A stretch of 63,702 bases of DNA, filler included, from Folioceros fuciformis (Eukaryota): assembly GCA_049999805.1 (NCBI GenBank). It is 17 parts of 17 records of this genome, joined end to end, with 100 filler letters (N's around TTAATTAATTAA, not from the genome) between each part and the next. Parts side by side here need not be neighbours in the genome. Positions count along the whole stretch, not along the records: positions 37,573 to 42,612 come from JBNGIO010006512.1; positions 42,713 to 44,109 come from JBNGIO010006513.1; positions 44,210 to 48,187 come from JBNGIO010006514.1; 14 more parts are not named here. One strand, 5' to 3'. A model generated the notes under the pieces. It saw only the letters and a program-made list of their open reading frames with translations, did no database searches and was not told the origin of the DNA. Positions 37,573 through 48,287 of the stretch are shown here, in pieces (the stretch's first letter is position 1; each line of letters opens with the position of its first letter). The translations under genes were made by a program, and so were the position numbers.

Positions 37573-39606
37573 GACATCTACAAGATCGTCAAGCTTACGA
37601 TGGAGAAGAAGTTCCAGCCGGTTATTATCTTCAGCTTTGCGCGGCGGGAGTGCGAGGATTATGCTATAGCCATGTCCAAGCTGGACTTCAATACCAACGA
37701 GGAGAAGGCTAGTGTGGAGGAGATATTCGTCAAGGCTATTCAGCGGTTGAGCGAGGAGGACAGGGAGTTGCAGACCATCACGCAGATACTTCCTCTGCTG
37801 AAGAGGGGGATAGGGGTGCACCACTCTGGTCTGCTCCCCATACTGAAAGAGGTGATAGAGATTTTGTTTCAGGAAGGTTTGATCAAGGCTCTATTTGCCA
37901 CTGAGACGTTTGCCATGGGGCTCAACATGCCGGCTAAGACTGTGGTTTTCACAGCTGTGAGGAAGTGGGATGGTGACAGCCACCGGTGGATGACGTCCGG
38001 TGAGTACATTCAAATGAGCGGCAGGGCAGGCAGGCGGGGGAAAGACGACCGGGGCATCTGCATTATGATGGTAGACGAGCAGATGGATATCGGCACTTGC
38101 AAGGAGATGATATTAGGGAGGCCTGCCCCTTTGGTGAGTACGTTCAGGTTGAGCTACTACACGCTGCTCAATCTAATGAGCAGGGCGGAAGGCCAATTTG
38201 ATGCGGAGCACGTGATCAGGAATTCTTTTCACCAGTTCCAGCATGAGAGGGCTGTGCCTAATGTGGAACTTCGCATCGCTAAGCTAGAGGAGGAGGCGGC
38301 TGCCATCGGGTCTGGGGAGGATGCTTCCACGGCCGAGTACCACAGCCTCAGGCTTAACTTAGCGAATTTAGAGAAAAAGATGTTGGCGGAGATTTTGCGC
38401 CCTGAACGAGTGCTGCTTTTCCTGCAGCCCGGTAGGCTGGTCAAGGTGCGGGATGGTCAAGACGAGTGGGGTTGGGGTGTTGTGGTAAATGTGATGAAGA
38501 AGCCTTACTCGTCCCAGCAAGCTTCAGCAGTGTTGACAGCCCCCCGCACCAGCTCCTACATCGTGGATATTCTACTCCATTGTGCGCCGAATCTAGTTCA
38601 TGAGGGCTCTACTTCCAAGCCTGCACCTTGCCCACCAGGAGAGAAAGGAGAGATGCATGTGGTACCTGCCCAGATGAGTATGTTATGTGAGATCAGTTCT
38701 CTGAGAGTTGCAGTCCCTGAGGATCTGAGGTCACCAGAGATGCGGAACTGTGTGCTCCTTGCGGTGAAGGAGTTGGAGAGACGCTTCCCAGATGGCCTGG
38801 CCAAGTTGGACCCGATAGAGGATATGGGCATAGATGACGAAAACTTCAAGGAGCTGATTGACGAGATTCAGGCTGAAGAAAAGAAGCTGGTAGCTCATCC
38901 GCTATTCAAGTCTGAGAAGGATGCCGACTCGTATCTAGCTTTCCAGAAGAAGGCCAAACTCATAAGTGAAGCTGAACGCCTGAAATCGCTGATGAATGAG
39001 TCACAGCTGCACAAGTTCAGGCAGGAGTTGCGAAACCGGTCTCGGGTACTGAAGAAGCTGGGGCACATCAACGGAGATGGTGTGGTGCAACTCAAGGGCA
39101 GAGCCGCCTGCCTCATTGACACAGCCGACGAGCTTCTGGTCACAGAACTCATGTTTAATGGTCTGTTCAATGACTTGGACCACCATCAGATAGTGGCTCT
39201 GGCAAGCTGCTTCCTGCCCTTAGAGAAATCAAATGAACAAGTCCATCTGAAGAATGAGCTGACGTATCCTCTTAAGCAGCTGCATGCGAGTGCCCGCAAG
39301 CTGGCTGAGGTTCAGAAAGAGTGTGGGCTGGAGATAGATGTGGAGCAGTATGTCGAGTCATTTCGTCCAAGTCTGATGGATGTAATCTACAGCTGGTCAA
39401 AGGGTGCCAAGTTCTCTGAAATCTGTGAGATGACCGATCTATTTGAGGGCAGCATCATTCGAACAGCACGCCGGCTGGATGAGTTTCTGAACCAGCTATT
39501 GACCGCTACCAGGGCAATCGGAGTAACCGACCTGGAGCAAAAGTTCCAAGCTGGAATTGAGAGCATCCGGCGGGGCATTATTTTCGCAAATTCTTTGTAC
39601 CTATGA
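37573..39606 (+). CDS. HEN2: Ski2/MTR4-family DExH RNA helicase, HEN2-type exosome cofactor; 5' partial, no introns in this part
   Basis: FQPVIIFSF, ATETFAMGLNMPAKTVVF, KWDGDSHR, QMSGRAGRRG, RAEGQF.AEHVI, WGWGVVVN, LKGRAACLIDT, FEGSIIR and terminal RRGIIFANSLYL. Confidence 0.9.
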   Translation, partial: DIYKIVKLTMEKKFQPVIIFSFARRECEDYAIAMSKLDFNTNEEKASVEEIFVKAIQRLSEEDRELQTITQILPLLKRGIGVHHSGLLPILKEVIEILFQEGLIKALFATETFAMGLNMPAKTVVFTAVRKWDGDSHRWMTSGEYIQMSGRAGRRGKDDRGICIMMVDEQMDIGTCKEMILGRPAPLVSTFRLSYYTLLNLMSRAEGQFDAEHVIRNSFHQFQHERAVPNVELRIAKLEEEAAAIGSGEDASTAEYHSLRLNLANLEKKMLAEILRPERVLLFLQPGRLVKVRDGQDEWGWGVVVNVMKKPYSSQQASAVLTAPRTSSYIVDILLHCAPNLVHEGSTSKPAPCPPGEKGEMHVVPAQMSMLCEISSLRVAVPEDLRSPEMRNCVLLAVKELERRFPDGLAKLDPIEDMGIDDENFKELIDEIQAEEKKLVAHPLFKSEKDADSYLAFQKKAKLISEAERLKSLMNESQLHKFRQELRNRSRVLKKLGHINGDGVVQLKGRAACLIDTADELLVTELMFNGLFNDLDHHQIVALASCFLPLEKSNEQVHLKNELTYPLKQLHASARKLAEVQKECGLEIDVEQYVESFRPSLMDVIYSWSKGAKFSEICEMTDLFEGSIIRTARRLDEFLNQLLTATRAIGVTDLEQKFQAGIESIRRGIIFANSLYL

Positions 39607-40808
39607 CAACAGACTTTTCCCCAGAAGCCATCTGGTAAACGGAGGATACAGCCTAACGTGACTGCCACCACCAGCCGCCTCTCACACCTCTGTCATCGAC
39701 CTCTGTTTGCTCTCTGTCGGCGTGTGGAGAGGAGGTCCTCATTTTTATGACCTCGACTATCTCGCTCAGGTTGGAGTAAAATAGTGTTTAGACGATGGAT
39801 CACACTAGGTTGAGCGTGATGAGCAGTCATGCAAAAGGTGGTGTTGCTCTTTGTCTGTCCCGTTGCTGACATAGGCTGGCTCTTTTTCATGGGAACCCTC
39901 ACCAGGTCTTCATGGGAAATGTGCCATCCTTTGCCAAAGGCGAGAACAGATCAGGCTCACTCAGGGGCGTTCCGGCTCGAACCTCCTTTCCATTCCTTGA
40001 GTTTTGAGAGGTGATGTCGGGTAAGTTGTCCGCAGACACTGAGCACTGGCCAATGAGATCAAGTTTTCTCGTTTGTTTCTGGTGTGCAGGCAAACGAGAG
40101 CCTGCGGCGGGCACAAATACCCCTTGAGTTGAATGTCTTGGCGGTCCCAACAAAGTTTTTATCGATGAGACGAAGGAATGGCGAAGGAGTACTTCCACCG
40201 TGGGATGTCCTCGTCCTTAAAAACCATCTTACATTAGGAGTTCTGTCTGCACTGTCACTCACTTTTTTTGAGACCGATCCATTAGATGGGCTTACGCACG
40301 CCGAAGGCTTACTGCCTTCCTCCTAGGGTGTAATTTGTCGTCAGTGCTACGTCCAGGATGAATAGATGCACTGTATGCTTTACTGGAAGACGACAGCCCA
40401 AGCTGTCATATGCCAGGCCCTGAGGCCTCACTCATCCACTCTCAGGCGTGGGACTGGTCCATTCACGAGCCTGTGAAAGTTCTTCCATGATCCCTTCTGC
40501 ACCGGTTTGTATTGTCCTGAGCCGTGCGAAGCCCATGGCCAGCTAGCACAGCCGTGCCAAACCCTTGGCCTGATAGCACAGGACTCGGCCAAAGCGTCTC
40601 GTCACCTTGCCCGAGAACGAGATACACCACAATTCGAAGGTATAAGTCTCCACACACGTGCCCCATGCCCGCGACGTGCTCGCACACGTAAAATCCGATT
40701 TCACACACCGCGCAACCCTAGGAGGCAACTGTCAAACCGAGGCCACGACCCGAAGACTGTGGCTGTCTAGTCGGGTTTCTTCTTCTCCCTCGCCTCCTTC
40801 GAGACAGA

Positions 40809-40904
40809 CATTTCCATCAATTCACTTGCACCCCGAGCGAGATCTGCGCTCCGCGGGCCATTTGCATCAATTCACTTGCACCCTGAGCGCGATCTGCGCT
40901 CCGC
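40809..40904. repeat. 50-bp imperfect tandem duplication upstream of the transporter gene
   Basis: CATTT.CATCAATTCACTTGCACCC.GAGCG.GATCTGCGCTCCGC at 40809 and 40859. Confidence 0.85.
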
Positions 40905-41287
40905 CTCTGCTCCTGCGTCTTCTTCTGTTTCTTCCCCTGCTTGTTGCGGTGTCGGGAATTGCTGTGGGAAGCTTCCACTCCTCGGAGCCTGCGCGAGCGA
41001 TCTCAGCTGGAGGAAAGGCTGCATGGCGGAGCTGTTACCCGGACGACGAGGGAAAGAAAGCTCCCTGCCGATGGATGCCATGCTGTGCGCTGCTATCAGG
41101 CTTTGAAAAAGTGTTTTTTTGTTTGTTTTCCAGCTGAAAGCAGCGGTCTTCTTCTCGATGCGAACGTGCAAATGCGGCAGAATCACGTCACAATTATCTG
41201 GGGATCCTGCTTGAAATGGATCTCTAGCACGAGGTTTTGGTGAGGGAAGAGCGGCTGTCGGGCGGCCCCTTTCCGTGAACAAGCAAG

Positions 41288-42534
41288 ATGAAGCTTCTGA
41301 CAGTGGGAACGTTAGTGTTAGGATATGCCTTCAGCTCCAGCATGCTCGCTATTATCAACAAGTATGCAGTCACCGTATTCCCCTACCCGGCCGTGCTTAC
41401 TGCGCTCCAGTACCTTTCCTGCACTCTGGTCGTCATCATACTAGGCCAGCTGAAGATTGTGGAGCGGGATCCGCTGTCGTGGGGAATGGTGAAGAATTTC
41501 TTCCCTGCGGCCACCGTTTTTTATGTTGCCATTTTCACCAACACCGAGCTCTTGAAGCACGCGAATGTGGAGGTAAGTCTTTCAGATTGAGACAGAACGA
41601 CAGGAAGCATTTACCGGCGATGTGTGTAACCTACTGTTTGTGGGCTTTGATTGCAGACTTTCATCATCTTTCGGTCATCCACGCCGCTGATGGTAGCAAT
41701 TGCAGACTCCGTCTTTATGAGCCGACCGTGGCCTTCCAAATCCACATTCTTGTCCCTCATAATAATTCTGGCCGGGGCTGTTGGGTACGTGATATTCGAC
41801 ACCCAAGGCAGCATCACAGGCTACTACTGGGCCATAGCGTATCTTTGTACCATTACTTTTGAGGTTGGTAATGCGGAATTCGTGTAGTTTACTGTTTGCC
41901 GGATTGCGTGGCACTCTTCTGGATAGAAACCTACTGTGGACGGCGGGGTGTGGATGCTGACCTTGTCACATTGCAGATGGTATACATCAAACATGTCGTC
42001 ATGACGGTTGGCTTGAAGACTTGGGGGCTCGTCTTCTACAACAACCTGCTAGCCCTGGTAGGTGAAAGTGCACTTGTGGCGTACTGCTTCGGGAGCTTAA
42101 GCAGAAAGTAATGTAGAACTGAATTGTGTTTGTCTTGGCAGGTGTTCTTCCCTCCCGCACTCATCATTATGGGAGAGCAAACAGAGATCATGAGCGTGTG
42201 GAAGACAGCCAGTTTTTTTACGCCTACTGTTCTCATTCCGGTCCTTCTTTCGTGCGTCTTCGGCTTGACCATAAGCTTCTTTGGATTTGCTTGCCGCCAA
42301 GCAGTGTCAGCTACAGCCTACACTGTCATTGGTGTCACAAACAAGCTGCTCACAGTACTCATCAACTTGGCCATATGGGATAAGCATGCTTCAGCAGCGG
42401 GTACACTATCCCTCCTGGTGTGCATTGCGGGTGGAGTTGCTTATCAGCAGTCTGTCTCCAGTGCCCCTATTCTACCCCAAGCGGTATATGAATCTGATGA
42501 GGATCTGGAAGCAGTCGACGGGACCGACAAGTGA
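41288..42534 (+). CDS. Golgi nucleotide-sugar transporter, GONST3/GONST4 (GFT1) family, at least 4 exons
   Basis: Exons 41288-41572, 41657-41863, 41977-42057 and 42142-42534. Motifs IINK, LTALQY, HANVETFIIFRS, YNNLLAL, GVTNK, IWDKHA. The stop overlaps a GTGAGT donor-like site, so one more exon is possible. Confidence 0.92.
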
Positions 42535-43228
42535 GTGCCTTAGATTTGTCGATATTTTCCGGCTCAGCGTCTCGTGAAAGTCTTCCTTGGAAAACAGACA
42601 ATGCCTTATCCCNNNNNNNNNNNNNNNNNNNNNNNNNNNNNNNNNNNNNNNNNNNNTTAATTAATTAANNNNNNNNNNNNNNNNNNNNNNNNNNNNNNNN
42701 NNNNNNNNNNNNATCCTGCACCTTCCTTAGGGCCTCCACCTTCTTCAAGTCCTCCCACCCTCATCTTGTTGGCCAGAGAGACCCCCGTGGTTCGCCAAAG
42801 TTGCCCCGTCTTGTACCCCTGAGGTAGCCTCGTAAGTATTGCGAACTCGGAAGTAACATTCCACAATCCATCGTCGCCATAATTAACATTAGTCTTTCCG
42901 CCTGCGAGCAGCCGGGCGAGCTACTTGCGGATGGAAAGCCCAATGCTAATTATGTCATCTGGCTGGCCAAGACGATCCGCCATGCAACTGTAATCTGGAC
43001 ACAACCCGTCAGCGTCATATCCTTGGCCCATACCCTGTGGAGGAATGTAGCAAGTCCCCTTCGAGCTCCCCTCCCCACTCCAGCAGTCCCACAAATGCGA
43101 AGCCTTTACCACATAGCCTCACGTTTGCCTCCACGCAAGGGGTCATGTAGGTCTGTCAAGATGACATAAGCGCCCACGAGACTGTGCACGGCGCTCTCAT
43201 TTTTCCCGAGTTAGTGAGGCAATTACAT

Positions 43229-43420
43229 TGTTAAATATATGCTTCCTTCATATATACTTTACATTATACATTACATGTTTGGGTTAGTGTTAGGGTTATA
43301 TATAGTTATTAGTTGTAATCGTTTCTAGATGTTTTATGTCCTTTGACACACACACACATAATTAGTACTCAAGTTATGTAGACTCTATTGTGCATGGCCA
43401 GCGTTGTGTAAAACTCTACA
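43229..43420 (+). mobile_element. Short (about 190 bp) 5' LTR
   Basis: TGT...ACA ends, AT-rich with TATATA and (CA)n, directly followed by a PBS. The left boundary is inferred from the change in composition. Confidence 0.7.
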
Positions 43421-43432
43421 TGGTATCAGAGC
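43421..43432 (+). promoter_or_regulatory. Primer binding site (tRNA-iMet)
   Basis: TGGTATCAGAGC immediately after CA. Confidence 0.93.
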
Positions 43433-43555
43433 ACCATCGATCCTGGAGCTATGCACATATTGCTATAATAATCTGCATTAAGACTCATCTTTAAAATGAG
43501 TTCTTGGTTTTCTTGTTTGTTCAAGAAATGCATTTTGTAATTAGCATTAAGCGAG

Positions 43556-44092
43556 ATGCCTCGTAGAAATTTGTGTAGGCATCAAAGTCAGGAGTTGGAT
43601 CGGCCGATCACGCCTGGGAGGGATTTATGTTCTTCTGACACTAACAGGTTTGCTTTAGACTTTGAGAGGCTGTACTTCTTGAATCCAGTCTCTCGAATTC
43701 AGGAGGAGGAGAGAAGAAGATTCTTGTCCTCGTTCCTTCAAACCAATTTTCCAGAAGCAAGTTCTATTAGTGAACAGTCAGGTTCTCCAACCCGATCTCG
43801 CAGGAGAGAGACACCTTTTGAATACAACGTTGGCAGTTCCTCCCTCTGCTCCCCTCAGCCATCTTCAAGCAGACTTGACGAGTTGTGTGACAAGCTTCAA
43901 GAATTGAAGGTTCAAGTCTGGTTCACAAAGCATAATGTGGACAACCTGTTGACACAGCAACAACACATTTCTACACGGTGTGAGGAAGACATGTTGGCCA
44001 TCTCACAGCAAGCAACGAAGAGCGATATGCAGGCTGATGAGATTGCTAACTTGAAGAAGCAATTGGCACTGCTCAAATCCCCTCAACCCTAG
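43556..44092 (+). CDS. Uncharacterised 178-aa ORF after the PBS, not recognisably Gag; predicted coiled coil
   Basis: Starts 123 nt after the PBS. Heptad-like segments LDELCDKLQELKVQV and IANLKKQLALL. Confidence 0.6.
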   Translation: MPRRNLCRHQSQELDRPITPGRDLCSSDTNRFALDFERLYFLNPVSRIQEEERRRFLSSFLQTNFPEASSISEQSGSPTRSRRRETPFEYNVGSSSLCSPQPSSSRLDELCDKLQELKVQVWFTKHNVDNLLTQQQHISTRCEEDMLAISQQATKSDMQADEIANLKKQLALLKSPQP

Positions 44093-44209
44093 AGTGGGCA
44101 TTACAACTCNNNNNNNNNNNNNNNNNNNNNNNNNNNNNNNNNNNNNNNNNNNNTTAATTAATTAANNNNNNNNNNNNNNNNNNNNNNNNNNNNNNNNNNN
44201 NNNNNNNNN

Positions 44210-44310
44210 CTGCGGCTCTCTTTGGCTCCCCGCTGCCATCGGATGTGCTGCAGCAAACACTTGGAGTGAATGCGAAGACAGTCCAGCTGCTGGAGGCCAA
44301 ACAGAAGTAG
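44210..44310 (+). CDS. C-terminus of a germin-like (cupin) protein
   Basis: Manual translation AALFGSPLPSDVLQQTLGVNAKTVQLLEAKQK* fits the germin tail pattern LFGS..P.DVL...F.....TV..L.AK. Confidence 0.7.
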
Positions 44311-45133
44311 ATTGGGCTGTCTGTCAGAGGGCTCATCACCATAGCTTTCACTCTCAATTCACGATGTTGCAGTAGGCATGTAATGGCCATCTGAGATCGA
44401 ACACTGTACATTTCTGAACTTGCTAATGGTGACAAACAATGGACTGAAGGACTGAAAGACCGTCAAGTGGACCATGCACAACCAAAATCTTCCAAACAAT
44501 GTAGATCATCGCAGTCTAGTCTAGCTTCGCTCTCCAAAACGTGTCTTGGACGGTCGCATTTGGTTACGTTCAGCCAGACCCCGTCGCCGATCACTAATGC
44601 CGGTAGTGATGCAAGATATTCACAAGCTTCTGACATACGGCTAACAGTTGCCAATTCGCAATGCAAGGAGAGTACTGGAAGCAGAGAACGAGGGGCTGCT
44701 CCTACATTGCTTAGAGATCTACATATGCAAACGGTCTAGCAATTTCGCTAAGAAGCGAAGAAGAACATACCACATTCCGCTTGCGCACAAGGCACCCCAC
44801 CCAATCTAGTAGATTTTGCCTTCGACGGCCAGTACTGGTGTAGCAGAGTTGTTAGATCACATCCTCCTGAGGCTGGAGATTCCATTCCTCCCTCGACCTA
44901 CCAGTCTAGGCGGAGCTCCACCCGTTGCCAAAGTCTTGTGACAAATAAAGACCCTTGTTCTAATAGAGTGCCTCCAGCTTCTGCATGAGGCCACGTGGAA
45001 AATGGAATGTAGGATTTCAAGCCAGCACGCACCACTGCTACCAACTGCAGTTCTGCTGATATTTTCGAATATGCTCAAGTTTGCCTCTGATCGTTTGTCT
45101 CCTTAGCTTCGCCGTCGGGAAGCGCGATGGCAG

Positions 45134-48100
45134 TTAAGGTGGTCGGCCTCTCTTGTTACTTCTGCCTCGAGAGGGCGGAGGATTGGTTGGAAGCCGGAGA
45201 ACCTCATCCTCTGAAATTGTGATGACCTTCGAACGGGAGCTACCGGCTGGACGCTTTGGGGTCTGCACAGCTCTCGGTGACGCAGGAACTGGGTTTCGGG
45301 CAGTAGGCGCTTTGCCTCTATCACTAGCTGGGGCTGATGCACTCAGCTGAGCACCTGAACGTGCTAGGGTACCTCTGGCGCTCTGTTGCGGGGTTTGTGA
45401 GGGTGGATTGCTTGCTCCTGGCCCAGGCTCGAAACAAAACGTTTGATCCTTCTGAAGTAAAGAGTGTCCATATCCCCCATCTTCTTCATCGTTCTTTGGT
45501 TCTGTCCCAGTGGCCAGTCTCGTCTTCAAACGGCTCTTCAGCTCCTGTAGCTTCCGTTTCTGTTCCTCGAGCGAAGCTTTGAATTCACCTAGACAGTCAT
45601 CACTTTCCCGTTGGTTGTCCTCCCTGCCCGGTTTCTGCCCTGAGAATGTCAGCCGTTCGCTCACGCTCTTGGACAGTTTCTCGATCTCGGTTTGCCACTT
45701 TTTCCAAAGTTCCCGCACCTTGAGAGTTACAGCAGTCGAGAAGTTCGTCCAGAACTCATTCACGATCGTCTTCACGCTTGCACCTGCGAACTCTGCAGCC
45801 CTGTCAGCCATGGTGTTCTCGACGACTACTTTGTCCAATCGTGTTCTCAGAGCTGAAACAGACCGGAGAGCTTTGAGCTCTGTCAGGGTATGGAAGATCC
45901 CCTTGTCGCATGCTTTTACTATGGCCAGCCGCAGTTGCCTCAGCCCTTCATCGAAACATCTGACGCGGATTTGCTTCAGAACCAGCTCCCATGTCTGCTC
46001 GACTTGATGCTTCAAGGACACACAAAATAATCCTCCACCCTGTGACATGCAGTGACAATGCAGTCAGCTCAGGCCGGCACGCAATTTTCAGAAAGGCTTA
46101 ACGGGAGCAACATTCACCTCAGAGAGAGAACCGAACGAGCCCTCGAAGCGGAAGTCTGGACCACGCACGGCCTTGCAGAGATCCGTGTGGAGCTGCTCAA
46201 CATAATCTTTTGAGAGCTTTTTCGCAGGTTCCAAAAGTTCCGTAGCTAGCAGACCAACGTTTCCAGGACGGAAACCACGAAGACATATATTTTGCAGTGG
46301 AAGGAGTTGTTTAGATGCCTGAAGTGCTGAAATCTTTGCCCTGTCTGCGAGTTCCTGTCTCAACAACTTCTGATCATCCAAACTCATCTGACTACCTCTT
46401 CGACATGCGGCCAATCTGGCAGTCACCCAGTCGAGATCTAGACGAGGGGGCTGCGACAGCTTGATTTCCTCAGCACATTTCCTCAGCATGTAATTTTGCT
46501 CCCTGATCAAAAAGTCCCGAACAGACTCATCTATCTGCTAGCACAAAAACAGGAGGCTCATCAGACCATTAACATCAGAACTAATGTCATGAAATGCACT
46601 TCTAACCTGAGCGTTGTTTTCCAAGTTCGTAATGAAGCTTAACGCTGTCTCTACACCCTCCAGCAATTGAACTTCGTTGGGTGGCTGCCGAACAGAATGT
46701 ATCCTCTCCAGCAGTTGTGGTATATTGGTCATTAAGACTTTTCTTCTAACATCTCCGGGATCCATTTTAATGATACAGCTTTCTTCCGGGGCCAAACAAA
46801 ATATCTTATGCAAATCATGATTTGCAGGACTCAAGTGAACAGAAGCAGCGAGACAAGGAAGAACTGGAAGAACAGTAAAGCGATTGGAGTCGATGATACT
46901 GTTCACGATCTGTTTTGCATCTTCCCTGGACATCTCTTTTCTCTGCACCAGCTTGCTAGCTTTCTTTAAGAGTATGGACCTCATCACTCTTGGGAGCCTC
47001 TTGCCAACATCAAAGCTTGAAATCAGATCTTGACAGCTGTCAGCCCGACTGTGTCCTTTCTCTGCAATGCCAACTACGACGAGGTTGCATCTTGCATCCC
47101 CCTTATCCACAAGCATACGATCTAAAACCGGATTCTCCTCTAACATTTTCTCGGTATCCTTATCAATGACAGCCTTGTCCAGAATGAGGAGTATCAAGGA
47201 GACTCGGCCTATAGCATCCCGTGTCTCCTTCCGATGCAGTGACCTAGGATCATTACTTCCCGGCACATCCAGGAGAACCACCCCACCTTCTAAGCTGGGA
47301 ATTGGAGCCTGAATCCGGATATCTTCAACTAGTACACCGAGCCTTTCTTCGCAAAGTCGTCGGTGCATGCCGTCCCTGACCGCAATCCGATCCCACATGA
47401 ACCTGCGAAACGTTCTCATCTTAGCTACCCTCCAACCCCAGAGGCACAACGCTAGAGGAAATGAAAGATGAAAGCCTCAGCCTCAGTTTCAGCCGGGAAT
47501 GACAACACGACATGCAACCCAGTGTCCGAAACCAACCCTTTCGTTGGAGAACATCCGATAACTTCTTCCTTGCCCAGCTTAACAATCTTTCCCAAGCTCT
47601 TAATCAAAGTCTCTACCTCCGACTCCTTCTCCGGCGCAGGATTGGGCTTGCCTACTAGTTTCCAAAGCAATTCCCACAACTCCGTCAGCTCACGCTTCTT
47701 GACTTCATCTTCCTTACAGATTCCCTCACCTTCCTGGTTCGGGCCCATGAGCTGTCTCAGTTCCTTGAACTGCTTCCTAAGTTTGCTGGAGCTCACCCAC
47801 CGAATACGACCCACAAACTTGGAGCCCCATTCAATTGCCGTAACCTTGGTTGTCCCGGCATCTCCCATTCTTCCACTTGGGAGAAGGAAGGGTCTGTGGT
47901 CAATTTCACACAAATGGATGCTCAGATAGCTCTCCCTGCTGTCTGCACAACACAGTCCTAATATACTGGCCATGGAGAGCCTTTCCTTCCTTATATCTGG
48001 AGCATTCACCACACTGCTGGAAGGACCTGAACCTTCCGCATGATCCGCACTTGACTGAGACAAGTCAACCATGTCCTCACTCCCCATGGAACCTCCCTCC

Positions 48101-48187
48101 TGCTCCTCCCCATAGGCCTTCGCCATATCCCGCAGAACGCTGGGATCCCTCTTCATACCCTTCCCATACTCCTCCCCAGCCAAGCAT
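45134..48187 (-). CDS. Dynamin-superfamily GTPase, SLIP-GC/NUGGC-like; spliced, 5' partial
   Basis: FLLPSG...GTTKVTAIEW (G2-like) and LVEDIRI....PSLEGGVVLLDVPGSND (G3), then long helical regions. Predicted GT-AG introns 47536-47403, 46606-46535 and 46117-46040 join four ORFs in frame. The P-loop is not in the contig. Confidence 0.7.
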
Positions 48188-48287
48188 NNNNNNNNNNNNN
48201 NNNNNNNNNNNNNNNNNNNNNNNNNNNNNNNTTAATTAATTAANNNNNNNNNNNNNNNNNNNNNNNNNNNNNNNNNNNNNNNNNNNN

